DNA of 64,000 bases from assembly GCF_963921235.1 (NCBI RefSeq), contig NC_086097.1:234610001-234674000 (forward strand), written 5' to 3'. The first letter of the stretch is position 1; each line of letters opens with the position of its first letter. A program made the position numbers and the translations under genes. The DNA is from Mobula hypostoma (Eukaryota). The notes under the pieces were generated by a model. That model made no database searches. It saw only the letters and a list, made by a program, of their open reading frames with translations, and was not told where the DNA came from. Positions 1 through 13,962 of the stretch are shown here, piece by piece.

Positions 1-635
1 CCTGCCTAAAGCTACAATTTGTTTGATTAACAAGCTTGTTTTATTCAAAAAGATTACTTGCCACCTAATACTCTTGATTATATGGCCCCATTTCTTAAAA
101 ACATAGCTTTAAGGAAAGGTGGAGTGCATGGCAAAGTTTGTTTTTACTCTGCTGGATCACTATATTTACATAAAAAAAAACTGAATAAAGAGTGGAGAAG
201 TTCAAACTTTTTCTAATTCTCAGTATCTTAATAAAAGTAACTGACATTATGAGACTACCATAACTGCACTTGTAAAAATGGTCACTAGTGAGGCTTAAAC
301 TAAATTGATTTAAATATTTATAACACTACAGAAGACACTGTTAGCAATAACTCCAAAGTAAACATTAAAATCTATTGATTTCAAAAAGTTTGTCTCTCTG
401 CACCTATTTGCAAGGCTGTGAGGAGAGATTAGAACTTTAAATTGCCACCACAGAAACATTTGGCTTCCCTCTGTGCCGTAACACAGTGGAAACTAAATGA
501 GATTGCTTATAAAATAGGTGCAAAAATTCATTATATTGATTTATGATAGAAGCTATTAAGCCCATCTAGACCCTACAGAGGATAGTAAAAATCAGCAAGA
601 GGATAACTGGGGTTTCCCTCTTGCCCCTTTTGTTC

Positions 636-880
636 TAGTGCCTGATGGTTGAGGGGTAGTAACTGTTCTAGTAGGGTGAGTCCTGAGGCACCTGTACCTT
701 CTACCTGATGGCAGCAGCGAGAAAAGAGCATGGCCTGGGTGGTGAGGATCTCTGATGATAGATGCTGCTTTCCCATCACAACATTTCATATAGATGTGCT
801 CAACGGTTGGAAGGGTTTTTACTAACTTTTGTTGGATTTTCTGCTCAAAGGCATTGGTGTTCCCATAGCAGGCCGTGATA
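636..880 (-). mobile_element. Rex1/Babar-type LINE, 3' ORF fragment
   Basis: ORF 592..909 contains KAASIIRDPHHPGHALFSLLPSGRRYR, the same C-terminal motif as the better preserved copy at 15121-16166. Confidence 0.75.
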
Positions 881-1173
881 TGTGTTGTGTGGGACATCTG
901 GAGGAACATTGTTTAATGGCATTAAGCTAATTTGAACTTGAGACATTGCCAGCTGTCACCAATCCCATCATTCCATTCCCCATATATCTCCCTATAACCT
1001 ATTCCTTCTTACATGGCCAACATCTCCACTCTGAATCTGCTCCCACACACCTACTCTAGAGGTAATTTAAAGGCAGATAATCTTCCAACCAGCATGTCTT
1101 TGGGATGTGTGAAGAAAGAAACACATAGAGCCTCACTGACAAAAGCGGTAAAATGGTAAATTGGTTTGTTTAT

Positions 1174-2295
1174 CACAAACAAAAGAAAATCTGCAGATGC
1201 TGGAAAGCCAAGCAACACAACACTCCACGTTGGTTCAGGAGCCTAATGGTTGTTGCATAATAACAGCTCCTGAACCTGGGAACTTTTGCCATTTTAACTA
1301 AAGGAATTGTTTTTTTTCTAAGCAATACACACAAATGCTGGAGGAACTCAGCAGGCCAGGCAGCATCTATGGAAAAGAGTACAGTTGATATTTTGGGCTG
1401 TGACCTTTCGGCAGGACTGGAGAAAAAAGACGAGAAGTCAGAGTAAGAAGGGGAGGAGGGGAGGAAGAAATACAAGGTAGTCTGTGGTAGCTGAAACCGG
1501 GTGAGGGGGATGGGTGAAGTAAAGAGCTGGGAGGTCGATTGGTGAAAGCAATAAAGGGCTATAGATGGGGAAATCTAGTAGGAGAGGACAGTAAGACATG
1601 GAAGAAAGAGAAGGGGAGGAGCCACTAAGGGAGGAGTTGGAGAGATAAGGAGATAAGTTGAGAGACAGAACTGGGAATGAGGAATGGTGAACAGAAGGGG
1701 GGAGGGAGGGGGGGTGGAGAATGGCTATTACCGGAAGTTCGAGAAATCAATGTTCATGTCATCAGGTTGGAGGCTACCCGGACGGATTATGAGGTGTTGC
1801 TCCTCCAGCCAACCTGAGTGTGGCCTCATCGCTGCAGTAAAGGAGGCCATGGACTTACATGCTGGAATGGGAATGGGAAGTAGAATTAAAATGGGTGGCC
1901 ACTGGGAGATCCCACTTTTTCTGGCGGATGCAGTGTAGGTGGTCCGCAAATCAGTTTCCCGATCTTTATTGTGTCTCATCGACATACAGGAGGCCACACT
2001 GGGAGCACCGGATGCAGTAGAAGTGCCGCCTCACCTAGGAGGGCTGTTTGTGGCCCTGAGTGGTTGTGATGGAGGAGGTGTAAGGGCAGGTGTGGCACTT
2101 GTTCCGCTTGCAAGGATAAATACCAGAAGGGAGGTCAGTGGGGAAGGACAAAGGGGAAGGGAGTAACATAGGGAATAATCCCTGCTGAAAGCAGAAAGCG
2201 GGGGTGGGGGGAGGGAAAGATGTGCTTGGTAGTGGGATCCCATTGGAGATTGCAGAAGTTATAGAGAACCACTGGAAATGGTGGAAGTTACAGAA
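1174..2295 (-). mobile_element. Penelope-like element (Neptune-type), 5'-truncated and degenerate; interrupted at ~1221-1320
   Basis: ORF 1728..1997 ends LEEQHLIIRPGSLQPDDMNIDFSNFR, homologous to the GIY-YIG C-terminus at 26264; 3' UTR and a decayed hammerhead at ~1381-1420. Confidence 0.85.
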
Positions 2296-2309
2296 AAGTT
2301 ATGGAGATT

Positions 2310-3215
2310 AGTTTGTTACTATTGTCACGTCTACTGAGGTATAGCGAAAAGCTTGCCTTGAATTCGTTTCATACAGATCAATTCATTACAACCCTACATT
2401 GAAGTAGAACAAGGTAAAACAATTATAAATTTTGGAATGAAGTGTTGCACTTACAGAGAAAGTGCAATACGACGAGACAGTAAGGTGCAAGGTTATAATG
2501 AGGTAGATTGTGAGGTCAAGAGTGCATATTATTATACCAGGGGACCACTCAATCGTCTTGTAACAGTGGAATAGAAGCTGTCCTTGAGCCTGATGCTGTG
2601 TACTTTCAGACTTTTGTGTCTTGCTCCCAGTGTGAGGGGGAGACTCAAGAATATCCAGGGTGGATGGGGGTGTTCTGCAGAGGCACCGAGAGGTGTAGAC
2701 CTGGTCCATGGAGATTGGTTTCCATGATATGCTCAACTGTGTCCATAACTCTGCACTTTCCTGTCATGGACTGTGTAGCTGCCATGGTTGCCATGGAAAC
2801 ATACAGAAAGCTGCCAGGAAACGGTCTGTAACGTCCTGCAGGATCTCACCCATCCTGATCGTGGACTGCTTGTCCCACTGCCATCAGGGAGGAGGCTATG
2901 TAACATCCATGGAACAAAAACAGTACTTTACCCAAGCAGTAAGGCTGATGAACCAACGCCTCCACTCTAACTCTACCATTACATTATTATTTCCCATCAG
3001 TCACCTTATGTTCAGCCAAGCATCACTTTATAGACAAACAGTACAATCAATTTATGTATATAAACTATCATATATATTTATATTTATTGTTTTTTATTGT
3101 TATTGTGTTCTTTATCTTGTGTGTTTTTTTGTGCTTCATTGGATCTGGAGTAACAATTATTTCATTCTTCTTAAAACTTGGGTACAGGAAGTGACATTAA
3201 ACAATGTAGAATGTT
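2310..3215. mobile_element. Two Rex1/Babar LINE 3' fragments in opposite orientation (minus ~2310-2760, plus ~2800-3215)
   Basis: LQDLTHPDRGLLVPLPSGRRL motif (ORF 2788..2970) and Rex-type 3' UTRs. Confidence 0.65.
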
Positions 3216-3391
3216 GAGAAGCATAACCTGATAAGGGATAGTCAACATGGCTTTATGAGTGGCAAATCAATAAGACCATAAGATATAGGAGCAGAATAAC
3301 GCAAACACGAGAAATTCTGCAGATGCTGGAAATTCAGCATCAAAATTGCTGGTGAACGCAGCAGGCCAGGCAGCATCTATAGGAAGAGGTA

Positions 3392-3429
3392 CAGTCGACG
3401 TTTCGGGCTGAGACCCTTTGTCAGGATTA
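3392..3429 (-). ncRNA. Minimal hammerhead ribozyme remnant (core G8 mutated, CTGACAA)
   Basis: Minus strand reads CTGACAA-agggtctcagccc-GAAAC-GTC-gactg. Confidence 0.6.
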
Positions 3430-3944
3430 ACTGAAAGAAGAACTAGTAAGAGATTTGAAAGTGGGAGGGGGAGGGGGAGATCTAAAATGATAGGAGAAGA
3501 CAGGAGGGGGAGGGATGGAGCCAAGAGCTGGACAGTTGATTGGCAAAAGGGATACGAGAGGATCATGGGACAGGAGGCCCAGGAAGAAAGAAAAGAAGGA
3601 GGGGGAGAAAAACCCAGAAAATGGGCAAGGGGTATAGTGAGAGGGACAGAGGGAGGAAAAGGAGACAGAGAGAAAAAGTATGTGTGTATATAAATAAATA
3701 ACGGATGGGGTACGAGGGGGAGGTGGGGCATTAGCGGAAGTTTGAGAAGTCAAAGTTCATGGCGTGAACATTGACTTCTTTTCTTTCTCCCTGGGCCTCC
3801 TGTCCCGTGATCCTCTCATATCCCTTTTGCCAATCAACTGTCCAGCTCTTGGCTCCATCTCTCCCCCCTCCTGTCTTCTCCTATCATTTTGGATCTCCCT
3901 CTCCCCCTCCCACTTTCAAATCCCTTACTCACTCTTCCTTCAGT

Positions 3945-3982
3945 TAGTCCTGACAAAGGGTCTCAGCCTGAAACGTCGACTG
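3945..3982 (+). ncRNA. Minimal hammerhead ribozyme remnant (core G8 mutated, CTGACAA)
   Basis: tagtc-CTGACAA-agggtctcagcct-GAAAC-GTC-gactg. Confidence 0.6.
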
Positions 3983-4475
3983 TACCTCTTCCTAGAGATG
4001 CTGTCTGGCCTGCTGCGTTCACCAGCAACTTCGATGCGTGTTGTAGGAGCAGAATAAGCCCATTTGGCTCATTGAGTCTGCTCTGCCATTTCATCATGGC
4101 TGATCCTCTTACCCACTCAGCCTCAGTCTGCTTCCTTCTCCCTTTATCTCTTCATGCCCTGACTAATCAACAACCTATCAATCTCTGCCAAAAATATACC
4201 CAATGACTCGGCCTCCACAGCAACCTATAGCAATGAATTCCACAGGGTCACCACTCTCCGGCTAAAGAAATTCCTCCTCATCACCATTCGAAAAGGACAC
4301 CACTCTATTCTGAGGCTGTGTCCCCTGGTCTTAGACTCAAGTGCTATATTAAACATCCTTTTCACATCCAATTTATCAAGGCCTTTCAACATTCAATAGA
4401 TATCAATTAGTTACCCACTCATTCTTTTGAATTCCAGTGAGTAAAGGCGCAGAGCCATCAAATGTTCCTTATTTC

Positions 4476-7400
4476 TGTAACCAAGGGAAAATTGAATATC
4501 ATTTTTATTGTTAAAGTGCATTTATGGATTCACCTTGGTAATGCTAAACTAGCTGCCCGTGGCTTTAAGAGAAAATGGTGATGTCATGTTGCACGTACAT
4601 AGTAGAAAGAAGAGTTACTATGTTCGAAAGATAACATCGAGTGCTGGGAGCTGCTTTATCCAAGTTTGGTGAGGAAAGGTGAAAAATATTTGATAATATC
4701 CCCTCAAATTTGTTTGTACATGTTTGTAAGTCTAGAATATCGGTAATTTGATGTGTTTTACACGTGGATGCTTTACATTTTCATGTGAAAGGTATCAGCT
4801 CTGGGTAGCATGCTTGTGCGAAGTTCCTTATCAGCCTAGCAGGTTAATCTTGTCAGTACCTTAAACTATAAGGCAATATATTGTAAAAGTTTTCGTAGAA
4901 GTTTATTTGTCTTTCTTTATTATTTCATGACTGAATGTGAAATGTGTTAATCTCTGTTCACTTATCATGAGCAAGAAGAACTCATTTCAGGGCCTAGCAT
5001 ATATGTGTTTGGAAGATACGCACATATGTGCCAAAGTGAGTATATCTCTTAGTTGTATTTATTCATATTTTTTCATATTCATATGTAATTATTCACATTT
5101 TTGATGTATATAAGGTACAGGGTTGGTAGGATTCTAATTTTGTTTGTATTGTTTTGTTTAGAATTGCCACTACCATACTAGTTTTAAGACCATAAGGTCA
5201 TAAAATATAACAGCAGAAGTAGGCCATTCGGCCCATTGGGTCTGCTCCGCCATTCAATCATGGGCTGATCCAATTCTTCCAGTCATTTCCACTCCCCTGC
5301 CTTCTCCCTATACCCTTTGATGCCCTGGCTAATCAAGAACCTATCTATCTCTGCCTTAAATACAGCCAGTGACTTGGCCTCCACAGCCGCTCATGGCAAC
5401 AAATTACACAGATTTACCACCCTCTGACTAAGGTAATTTCTCTACCTCTCTGTTCTAAAAGGGCATCCTTCAATCCTGAAGTCATGCCCTCTTGTCCTAG
5501 ACTTCCCTGCCGTGGTAAATAACTTTGCCATATCTAATCTGTTCAGACCTTTTAACATTTGGAATGTTTCTTTGAGATCCCCCCTCATTCTCCTGAACTC
5601 CAGGAAATACAGCCCAAGAGCTGCCAGACATTCCTCTTACGATAACCTTTCATTCCTGGAATCATTCTCGTGAATCTTCTTTGAACCTTCTCCAATGTCA
5701 GTATATCTTTTCTAAAATAAAGAGCCCAAAACTGCACACAATACTCCAAGTGTGGTCTCACTAGTGCCTTATAGAGCCTCAACGTCACATCCCTGCTCTT
5801 ATATTCTATACCTCTAGAAATGAATGCCAACATTACATTCACCTTCTTCACCACGGACTCAATCTGGAGGTTAACCTTTAGGGAATCCTACACAAGGACT
5901 CCCAAGTCCCTGCACATCTCTGCATTTTGAATTCTCTTCCCATCTAAATAATAGTCTGCTCATTTATTTCTTCCACCAAAGTGCATGACCATACATTTTC
6001 TAACATTGTATTTCATTTCCCACTTCTTTGCCCATTCCCTTAAACTATCTAAGCGTCTCTGCAGGCTCTCCGTTTCCTCAACACTACCCGCTCCTCCACC
6101 TATCTTTGTATCATTGGCAAATTTAGCCACAAACCCATTAATCCCATATTCCAAATCATTGACATACGTTGTAAAAAGCAGCTGTCCCAACACCGTCCCC
6201 TGTGAAACTCCACTGCTATCCGGTAGCCAGCCAGAATAGGATCCCTTTATTCCCACTCCCTGTTTTCTGACGATCAGCCAGTGCTCCACCCATACTAGTA
6301 ACTCCCCTGTAATTCCATGGGCTCTAATGTTGCTAAGGAGCTTCATGTATGGCACCTTGCCAAAGGCCTTCTGAAAATCCAAGTACACCACATCTACTGC
6401 ATCTCCTTTGTCTACTCTGCTTGTAATTTCCTCAAAAAATTGCAGTAGGTTAGTCAGCCAGGATTTTCCTTTCAGGAAACCATGCTGGCTTTGGGCTATC
6501 TTTTCATGTGCCTGCAGGTATTCTGTAATCTTATCCCTAACATTCGATTCCAACAACTTCCCAACCACTGATGTCAGGTTAACATGTCTATAGTTTCCTT
6601 TCTGCTGCCTCCCACCCTTCTTAAATAGTGGAGTAACATTTGCAATTTTCCAGTCATCCTATACAGTGCCAGAATCTAACGATTCTTGAAAGATCATTTT
6701 TAATGTCTCCGCAATTTCTCCAGCTACTTCCTTCAGAACCCGAGGATGCATTCCATCAGGTCCAGGAGATTTATCCACCCTCAGACCATTAAGCTTCCTG
6801 AGCACCTTCTCATTCGTAATTTTCACTGCACAAACTTCACTTCCCTGACACTCTTGAATGTCCGGTCTACTGCAGATGTCTTCCACTGTGAAGACTGAGG
6901 CAAAATACACATTCAGTTCCTCTGTCATCTCTGCGTCTCTCATTACAATATCTCCAGCGTCATTTTCTATTGGTCCTATATCTACCCTGAACTCTCTTTA
7001 AGTCTTTATATACTTAAAAAAGCTTTTAGTATCTTCTTTGATATTAGTCACCAACTTCCTTTCAGAGTTCATCTTTTCCTTCCTAATGACCTTCTTAGTT
7101 TCCTTCTGTAAGTTTTTAAAAGCTTCCCAATGCTCTATATTCCCACTAGCTTTGGCTACCTTGTATGCCCTCTTTTTTGCTTTTACTTTGGCTCTGACTT
7201 CACTTGTCAGCCATGGTAGTGTCCTTCTTCCATTTGAAAATCTCTTCTTATTTTGTATAAGAAGTTTTGAATATTTTCTTTTATTTATTTTAATAGTGCA
7301 TACGTAATAAGGTCGTGGACCTAAATTAAGCTGAGATTGTAACAGCAAGAACTGTGTTTTTTTTTAATTTGTTTTGCTGTTTTTATTTTGATACCCTCTT

Positions 7401-7488
7401 TCTGCATTTAAACATCTAAAACAGATAAAGGAATTTAAGATCTGAAAAAGTATTTATTGCCTGAGTGTGCATTTTTCCCCAGGCTACA
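4476..7488. mobile_element. Probable solo LTR (~0.94 kb) split by a CR1 insertion
   Basis: Non-CR1 block bounded by TGTAACC...GGCTACA that interrupts a collinear CR1; TSD only partly conserved (ATTTC/ATATG). Confidence 0.55.
5185..7255 (-). mobile_element. CR1 LINE, 5'-truncated; ORF2 reverse transcriptase pseudogene
   Basis: ORFs 5585..5854, 5960..6568 and 6659..6943: KSPGPDGMHPRVLKE, QHGFLKGKSWLTNL, VDVVYLDFQKAF, GVSQGTVLG, KFANDTKI, LVRPHLEYCVQFW; TAAGACCATAAG tail. Confidence 0.95.
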
Positions 7489-7659
7489 ATATGACAAGCC
7501 TTTCAATCTTTGAATCATTTTCATGAATCTCCTTTGACCCCTCTGCAATGTCTGCTCATCCTTTCACAGATAAGGGGCCTAAAACTGCTCACAATACACC
7601 ATGGAGACCTCACCAGTGCTTTATAAAGCCTCGACATTACAGTCTTGCCTTTATATGAA

Positions 7660-9190
7660 CTGGACCCCAGGGTTCTGAAAGAGGTAGTGGTAGAGATTGT
7701 AGAAGCATTAGTAATGACCTTTAAAAAACATTGGTTTCTGATATGGTTCCAGAGGATTGGAAATATCACTACATTCTTTAAGAAAGGACGAAGGCAGCAG
7801 GAAGGGAATTAGCCTTACTCCAGTGGTTGGGAAGATGTTGGAGTCAATTGTTAATGATAAGGTTCTGGGATATTTGGTCACACAGGACAAGATAGGATAA
7901 AGTCAGCATGGTTCCTTAAGGAAAATTTTGCCTGATGAAGCTGTTGGAATTCTTTGATGAAATTACAAGTAGGATAGATAAAGGGGATGCAGTGGATGTT
8001 ATATATTTGGACTTTCAGAAGGCCTTTGATGAGGTGCCACACATGAGGCTGCTTGCCAAGTTAAGGGCCCATGGTATTACAGGAACATTACTAACATGGT
8101 TAGAGCATTGTCTGATTGGAAGAAGGCGGCGAGTGGGAATAAAAGATTCCTTTTCTGGTTGGCTGCCAGTGTGTACTAGTGTTCCGCAGGGGTTGGTGTT
8201 TGGACTGCTTATTTTATGCTGCATATAAATGATTTAGATCATGGAATAGATGGCTTTGTTGCCAAGTTTGCAGATAATACAGAGGTTGATGGAGGGGCAG
8301 GTAAGGTTGACAAAACAGATAGGTTGCAGAAAGACTTAGACACATTAGGGCAAGAGAGTGGTAAATAAAATACAATGTTGGAAAATGCATGGTCATGCAC
8401 TTTCGTAGCAGAAATAAATGTGCGGACTATTTTCTAAATGGGGAGGAAATCAAAAAAATCTGGGATGCAAAGGGACTTGGGAGTCTTTGTGCAGAATACA
8501 CTAAAGGTTAACTTCCAGGTAGAGTCGGTGATGAGGAAGGCAAATGCAATGTTAGCATTTATTTCAAGAGGTCTAGAATACAAGTGCAGGAATGTGATGC
8601 TAAGGCCTTATAAGGCACTGGTAAGGCATCACTTTGAATATTGTGAACAGTTTTGGGCTCCTCACCTAAGAAAAGATGTGCTGGTAATGGAGATAGTTCA
8701 AAAGAAGTTCACAAGGATGACTCTAGGAATGAAAGGGTTATCATATGAAGAATGTTTGATGGCTCTGAGTCTGTAATCACTGAAATTTAGATTGATGAGG
8801 AAGAGCTCACTGAAACCTTTCAAATGTTGAAAGGCCTAGACAGTGTCGATATGGAAAGGATCTTTCCTATGGTGAGGGAACCTTGGACAAGAGGGCACAG
8901 TCTCAGGATAGAAGGGTATCTATTTCAAACAGAGATGCGGAGAAATTTCTTTAGCCAAATGATGGTGAATTTGTGTGGAATTTATTACCACAAGCAGCTG
9001 TGGAAGCCAGGTCATTGGGTAGATTTACGGCAGAGATTGATAGGTTTTTGATTGGACACGGCATCAAAGGTTACAGGGAGAAGGCCAGGGAGTGGGGCTG
9101 AGGAGGGGAGAAAAGGATCAGCCATGATTGAATGATGGAGCAGGCTTGATGGGCCAAATGGTATAATTCTGCTCCCATGTCTTATGGTCT
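7660..9190 (+). mobile_element. CR1 LINE, 5'-truncated RT pseudogene
   Basis: ORFs 7935..8228, 8438..8776 and 8824..9051 with YLDFQKAFDEVPH and LVRHHFEYCEQFW; TCTTATGGTCT tail. Confidence 0.93.
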
Positions 9191-11802
9191 ATATTTCTAG
9201 TCGTCTCGAAATGAACGCAAACATTGCATTTGCCTTCCTCACCACTGACAACCTGCAAATTAACCTTTAGGGATTCCTGCATGAGGTCTCCCAACTTCCT
9301 TTGCACTTCAGATTTGTTGAACTTTCTCTCTATTTAGAAAATAGTCAATTCTTTTACTACTAACAAAGTGCATGACTTCCTTACACTGTATTTCATCTAC
9401 CACTTCTTTGCCCGTTCTCTTAATCTGTCTAATTGCTTCTGTAGCATCTCTATTCCTCAAAACTACCTGCCTCTCCACCTATCTTTATATCATCTGCTAA
9501 CTTGGCTCCAAAGTGATCAATTCCATCATCCAAATCATTGATATATAATGTAAAAAAAAGTTGCAATACAGACCACTGTGGAATATCACTACTGGCAGCC
9601 TACCAAAAATGGTCCCTTTATTCCCACTCTTTGCCTCCTGCTCTATCCGTGCTAGCATCTTTCTTGTAATACCACGGCGTCTTAACTTGTTTAGTAGCCT
9701 CGTGTGCGACACCATGTTATAGGCCTTCCGAAAATCCAAATACACAACTGCTATCAATTCTCCTTTGTCTATGCTGCTTGTTATTTCTTCAAAGAACTCC
9801 AACAGATTTGTCAGGCAAGATTAACCCTTTAGGAAACAATGCTGACTACGGCCTATTTTATCATATGACCATAAGATATAGGAGCAGAATTAGGCCTCTT
9901 GGCACAGTGAGTCTGCTCTGCCATTTCATCATGGCTGTTCCAGTTTTCTTCTCAGCCTCGATTTCCTGGCCTTCTCCCTATACCCCATCGTGCCCTGACA
10001 AATCTATCAACCTCTATCTATCAAGAGTCTATCTACCTCTGCTTTAAATATACTTAAAACCATGGCCCCCACAGCTACCTGTGCCAAATAATTCCACAGA
10101 TTCACCACTCTCCGGCTAAAGAAATTTCTCTTAATCTCCATTCTAAAAGGACGCTCCTCTATTCTGAGGCTCGGTCCTCTGGTCTTAGATTCCCCTATCG
10201 TAGGAAACATACTCTCCACATCCACTCTATCAAGGCCTTTCACCATTCGACAGGTTTCGATGAGATCACCCCTCATTCTTCTGACTGCTAATCAATACCG
10301 CACCAGAGCTATCAAATGCACTTCATATCACAAACTATTCAATCTTAGAATCATTTTCCTGACCACATTTGAACCTTCTCAAGTTCACAACATCCTTTCT
10401 GAGATAATAAGATGAAACTGCTCACAATACTCCAAGTGTGGCCTCACCACTGCCTTATAAAGTTTCAACGTTATATCCTTGCTTTTATATTCTAGTCATC
10501 TTGAAATGAATGCTAACATTGCATTTGGCTTCCTCATCACAGACTGTACTTACAAATTAACCTTTAGGGAATCCTACACAAAGACTCCTAAGACCCTTTG
10601 CACCTCAGTTTATTTAACTATTTTCTCTCCATTTAGAAAATAGTTAACTCTTTCATTTCTTCTACCAAAGTGCATGACCGTACACTTTCCGACACTGTAT
10701 TCCACCTGCCATTTCTTTGCCCGTTCTCCTAAACTATCTAAGTCCTTCTGTAGCTACTCTTCTTCCTCAAAACTACCTGCCCTCCACCTCTCTTCATATC
10801 ATCTGCAAAACCTGCAACAAGGCCATCAATTCAATCATCCAAATCATTGACAGATAACGTAAAAAGATTCAGTCCCCACACAGACCCCTGTGGAGCACTA
10901 CTAGTCACAGGCAGCCAGCCAGAAAAGGCTCCCTTTATTCCCACTCTTTGCCTCCTGCCAATCAGCCACTGCTTTATCCATGCTAGAATATTTCCTAAAA
11001 TACCATGGGCTCATAGCTTATTAAGCAGCTCCATGTGTGTCACCTTGTCAAAGGCCTTCTGAAAATCCAAAAACACAACTTCAACCAATTCAACCAATCA
11101 TGTATCTTCAAGTTCCCTGAAACCACATCCTTAACAATTGACTCCAACATCTTTCTAAACACTGAGATCAGATTTACTGCCTTATGATTTGCTTTATTCT
11201 GCCTCTCTTCCTTTTTGAAGAGGGAGGTGACATTTGCAATTTTCCATTCCTTCAGAACCACGTTAGAATCAACTGATTCTTGAAAGGTCATTACTCATTC
11301 CTCCACAATCTCTTCAGCCACCACTTTCAGGACCCTGGGGCATATTCCATCTGGTCCAGGTGACTTATCTACTTTCAGAGTCTCAGTTTCCCAAGAATTT
11401 TCTTCTGCCACCTGACACCTTCGAACTTCTGACACACTGCTAGTGTCTTTCACAGTGAAGACTGATGCAAAATACTTATTCAGTTCATCTGCCATTTCCT
11501 TGACCCTCTATACTCCATGTCCAGCTTTCCGATATCTACTCTCTCTTCTCTTTTGCACTTTATATATCAAAATAAACTTTTGGTATCTTCTTAAATATCA
11601 TTGGCTAGCTTACCTTCATATTCCATCTTTTACTTCTTCATTGATATTTTAGTTGCTTTCAGTTGGTTTTTAAAATCTTCCCAATCCTGCCCACTTTTTT
11701 GCTGTATTATATGCTCTCTCTAGTTTTTATATTAGCTTAAACTTCCCTTGCCAGCCACAGTTGTATCATCCTGCCTTTTGATTACTTCTTCTTCTTTGGG
11801 AT

Positions 11803-12810
11803 GTATAGAAACATAGAAGCATAGAAAATCTATAGTGCATTACAGGCCCTTCAGCCTACAATGTAGTACTTACTATCTAACCTACTCTAGAAGCTGCCTA
11901 GAATTTCCCTACTGCATAGCCTTCTACTTTTCTAAGCTCCATGTACCTATCTATGAGTCTCTTAAAAGACTCTATTCTATCCACCTATACCACTTTCACT
12001 GGCAGTGCATTCCATGCACTCACCACCCTCTGTATGAAAAACTTACATCTGTCATCCCCCTTGTACCTCCTTCGAAGCACCTCAAAACTATGCCTGCTTG
12101 TGTTAGCCATTTCAGTCGTGAGATAAAGCCTCTGGCTATCCACACGATCAATGCCTCTTATCATCTTATACACCTCTCATCCTCCGTTGCTCCAAGGAGA
12201 AAAGGCCAAGTTTACTCAACATATTCTCATGCTCTCCAATCCAGGCAACATCCTTGTAAATCTCCTCTGTCTCTCTCTATAGCATCCACATCATTCCTGT
12301 AGTGAGGTGGCCAGAACTGAACACAGTACTCCAAGTGGGGTCTAACTAAGGTCTTATATAGCTGTAACATTACCTCATGGCTCTTGAACCCAATCTCACG
12401 GTTGATGAAGGCCAAACATACACATTCTTAACAACACTGCCAACCTGTGCAGCAGCATTGAGTGGCCAATGGACACAAACACCAAGATCTCTCTGATTCT
12501 CCACACTGCTAAGAGTCTGACCATTTATATTATATTCTGTCTTCAGATTTGACCAACTGAAATGAACCACTTCACACTTATCTGGGCTGAACTCCATCTG
12601 CCACTTCTCAGCCCAGTTCTGCATCCTATCGATGTCCCGTTGTAACCTCTGACAACCCTTCAGACTATCCACTACACCCCCAACTTTTGTATCATTAGCA
12701 AACTTACTAACCCACGATTCTCCTTCATCATCCAGGTCATTTATCAAAATCATAAAGAGGAGGGTTCCCAGAACAGATCCCTGCAGAACACCACTGGTCA
12801 CCATCCTCCA
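11803..12810 (-). mobile_element. CR1 LINE of a second subfamily (CTATGTTT-type tail), 5'-truncated
   Basis: ORFs 11985..12173, 12227..12415 and 12370..12804 (GVLQGSVLGTLLF, KFANDTKV); ATAGAAAC repeats at 11803-11828. Confidence 0.92.
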
Positions 12811-13962
12811 TGTAGAAGACGTTTTGCACCTTCTGAATTGCTCCAGGAAATTCCAGACATTGCTGCTCTGCCATCATCCCTGCTAGTGTTCCCTTGCAAT
12901 TAGTTTCGATCAGTTCCTCTCTCATGCTTCTGTTATTTCCTTTACTCCACGGTAATACTGTTACATCTGACTTTAGCTTCTCCTTCTTACATTGCAAGGA
13001 GAAATCTATCATATTATAATTACATTTTATTACTGTTTGTAAGTCTGTATATAACTCCCATCAGAGTTTCTTTTTAACCCTTGCAGTTCCTTAGCTCTCT
13101 ATTTATCGAATGACTTGATTTCATTTTTTACGAACAGGGCTGCACCACCCCCTCTGCCTACCTGCCTGGTCTTTCAATACAATGTGTCTCCTTGGATGTT
13201 AAGCTGTATATAGTGTGTATTCAAATAATACACCTACAGTCCTGTATTCACGCTTTTCAATTTTTTTCAATTTTTTACGTTACAACTCATCCTGTTGACT
13301 GCAATTTAGCCCTTATCATCAGACTCTTCTTGCTAGCAGTCTCATTAAACTTTGCCTCTCTTTAGAAACCAACTACACCAACCACAGTACTATAACTGTG
13401 GTTCCCATCCTCCTGCCAAATTATTTTAAACCCTCCTGAACAGCTCTTGTAAACATGCTTGCAAGGATATTGGTCCCTCTCAAGTTTGGGTGGAACCTAT
13501 CTCCTTTGCACAGGTCGTACCTTCACCAGGAGCGATCCCAGTGATCGATAAACATAAAACCCTTCTCCCTGCACCACTTCCTCAACCACACCTCCATCTG
13601 TCAAATCATCCTATTCTTTTACTCATGAGTGCATGGCACTGGCAGCAATCCAGAGACTAATATCCCACACGTCCTATTTTTCCATCTTTCTACCTAGCTC
13701 CCTGAAATCTCACGTCGGGGTCTCTTTGTCATTCCTAACTGTGTCACTGCTGCAATTATGCATCAAGACTTCTGGCTGCTCATCTCCCTCCCACTTTAGA
13801 ATGCCATGCTCCCGATCTAAGATATGGTCCCCACCTGACCCTGGCACCTGGGAGGCAACATATTGTCCGGGAGTCTCTATTGCATCCACAGAATCTCGTC
13901 TCTGCTCCTCGAATCTCCTATCACTACTGCAGTCCTTTTTACCTCTCTTCTCTTCTGAGCCA

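Larger units (their letters stand above)
3300..4043. mobile_element. Penelope-like element fold-back (inverted) insertion
   Basis: Inverted arms of the PLE 3' region with apex at ~3760; perfect 14-bp TSD TAGGAGCAGAATAA at 3286-3299 and 4044-4057. Confidence 0.92.
3270..4470 (-). mobile_element. CR1 LINE 3' end (continues at 7489-7655 and 9191-9860)
   Basis: TAAGACCA-type tail at ~3270-3285; CR1 3' UTR and ORF2 C-terminus; collinear continuation after the nested insertions. Confidence 0.8.

Noticed and set aside
399..521. 11-bp inverted repeat TGCACCTATTT/AAATAGGTGCA about 100 bp apart
   Set aside because: Too short, with no TSD or second copy to support a MITE or structured RNA
2787..2800. 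Perfect RFX X-box GTTGCCATGGAAAC
   Set aside because: Isolated motif at a junction between two LINE fragments; no supporting context
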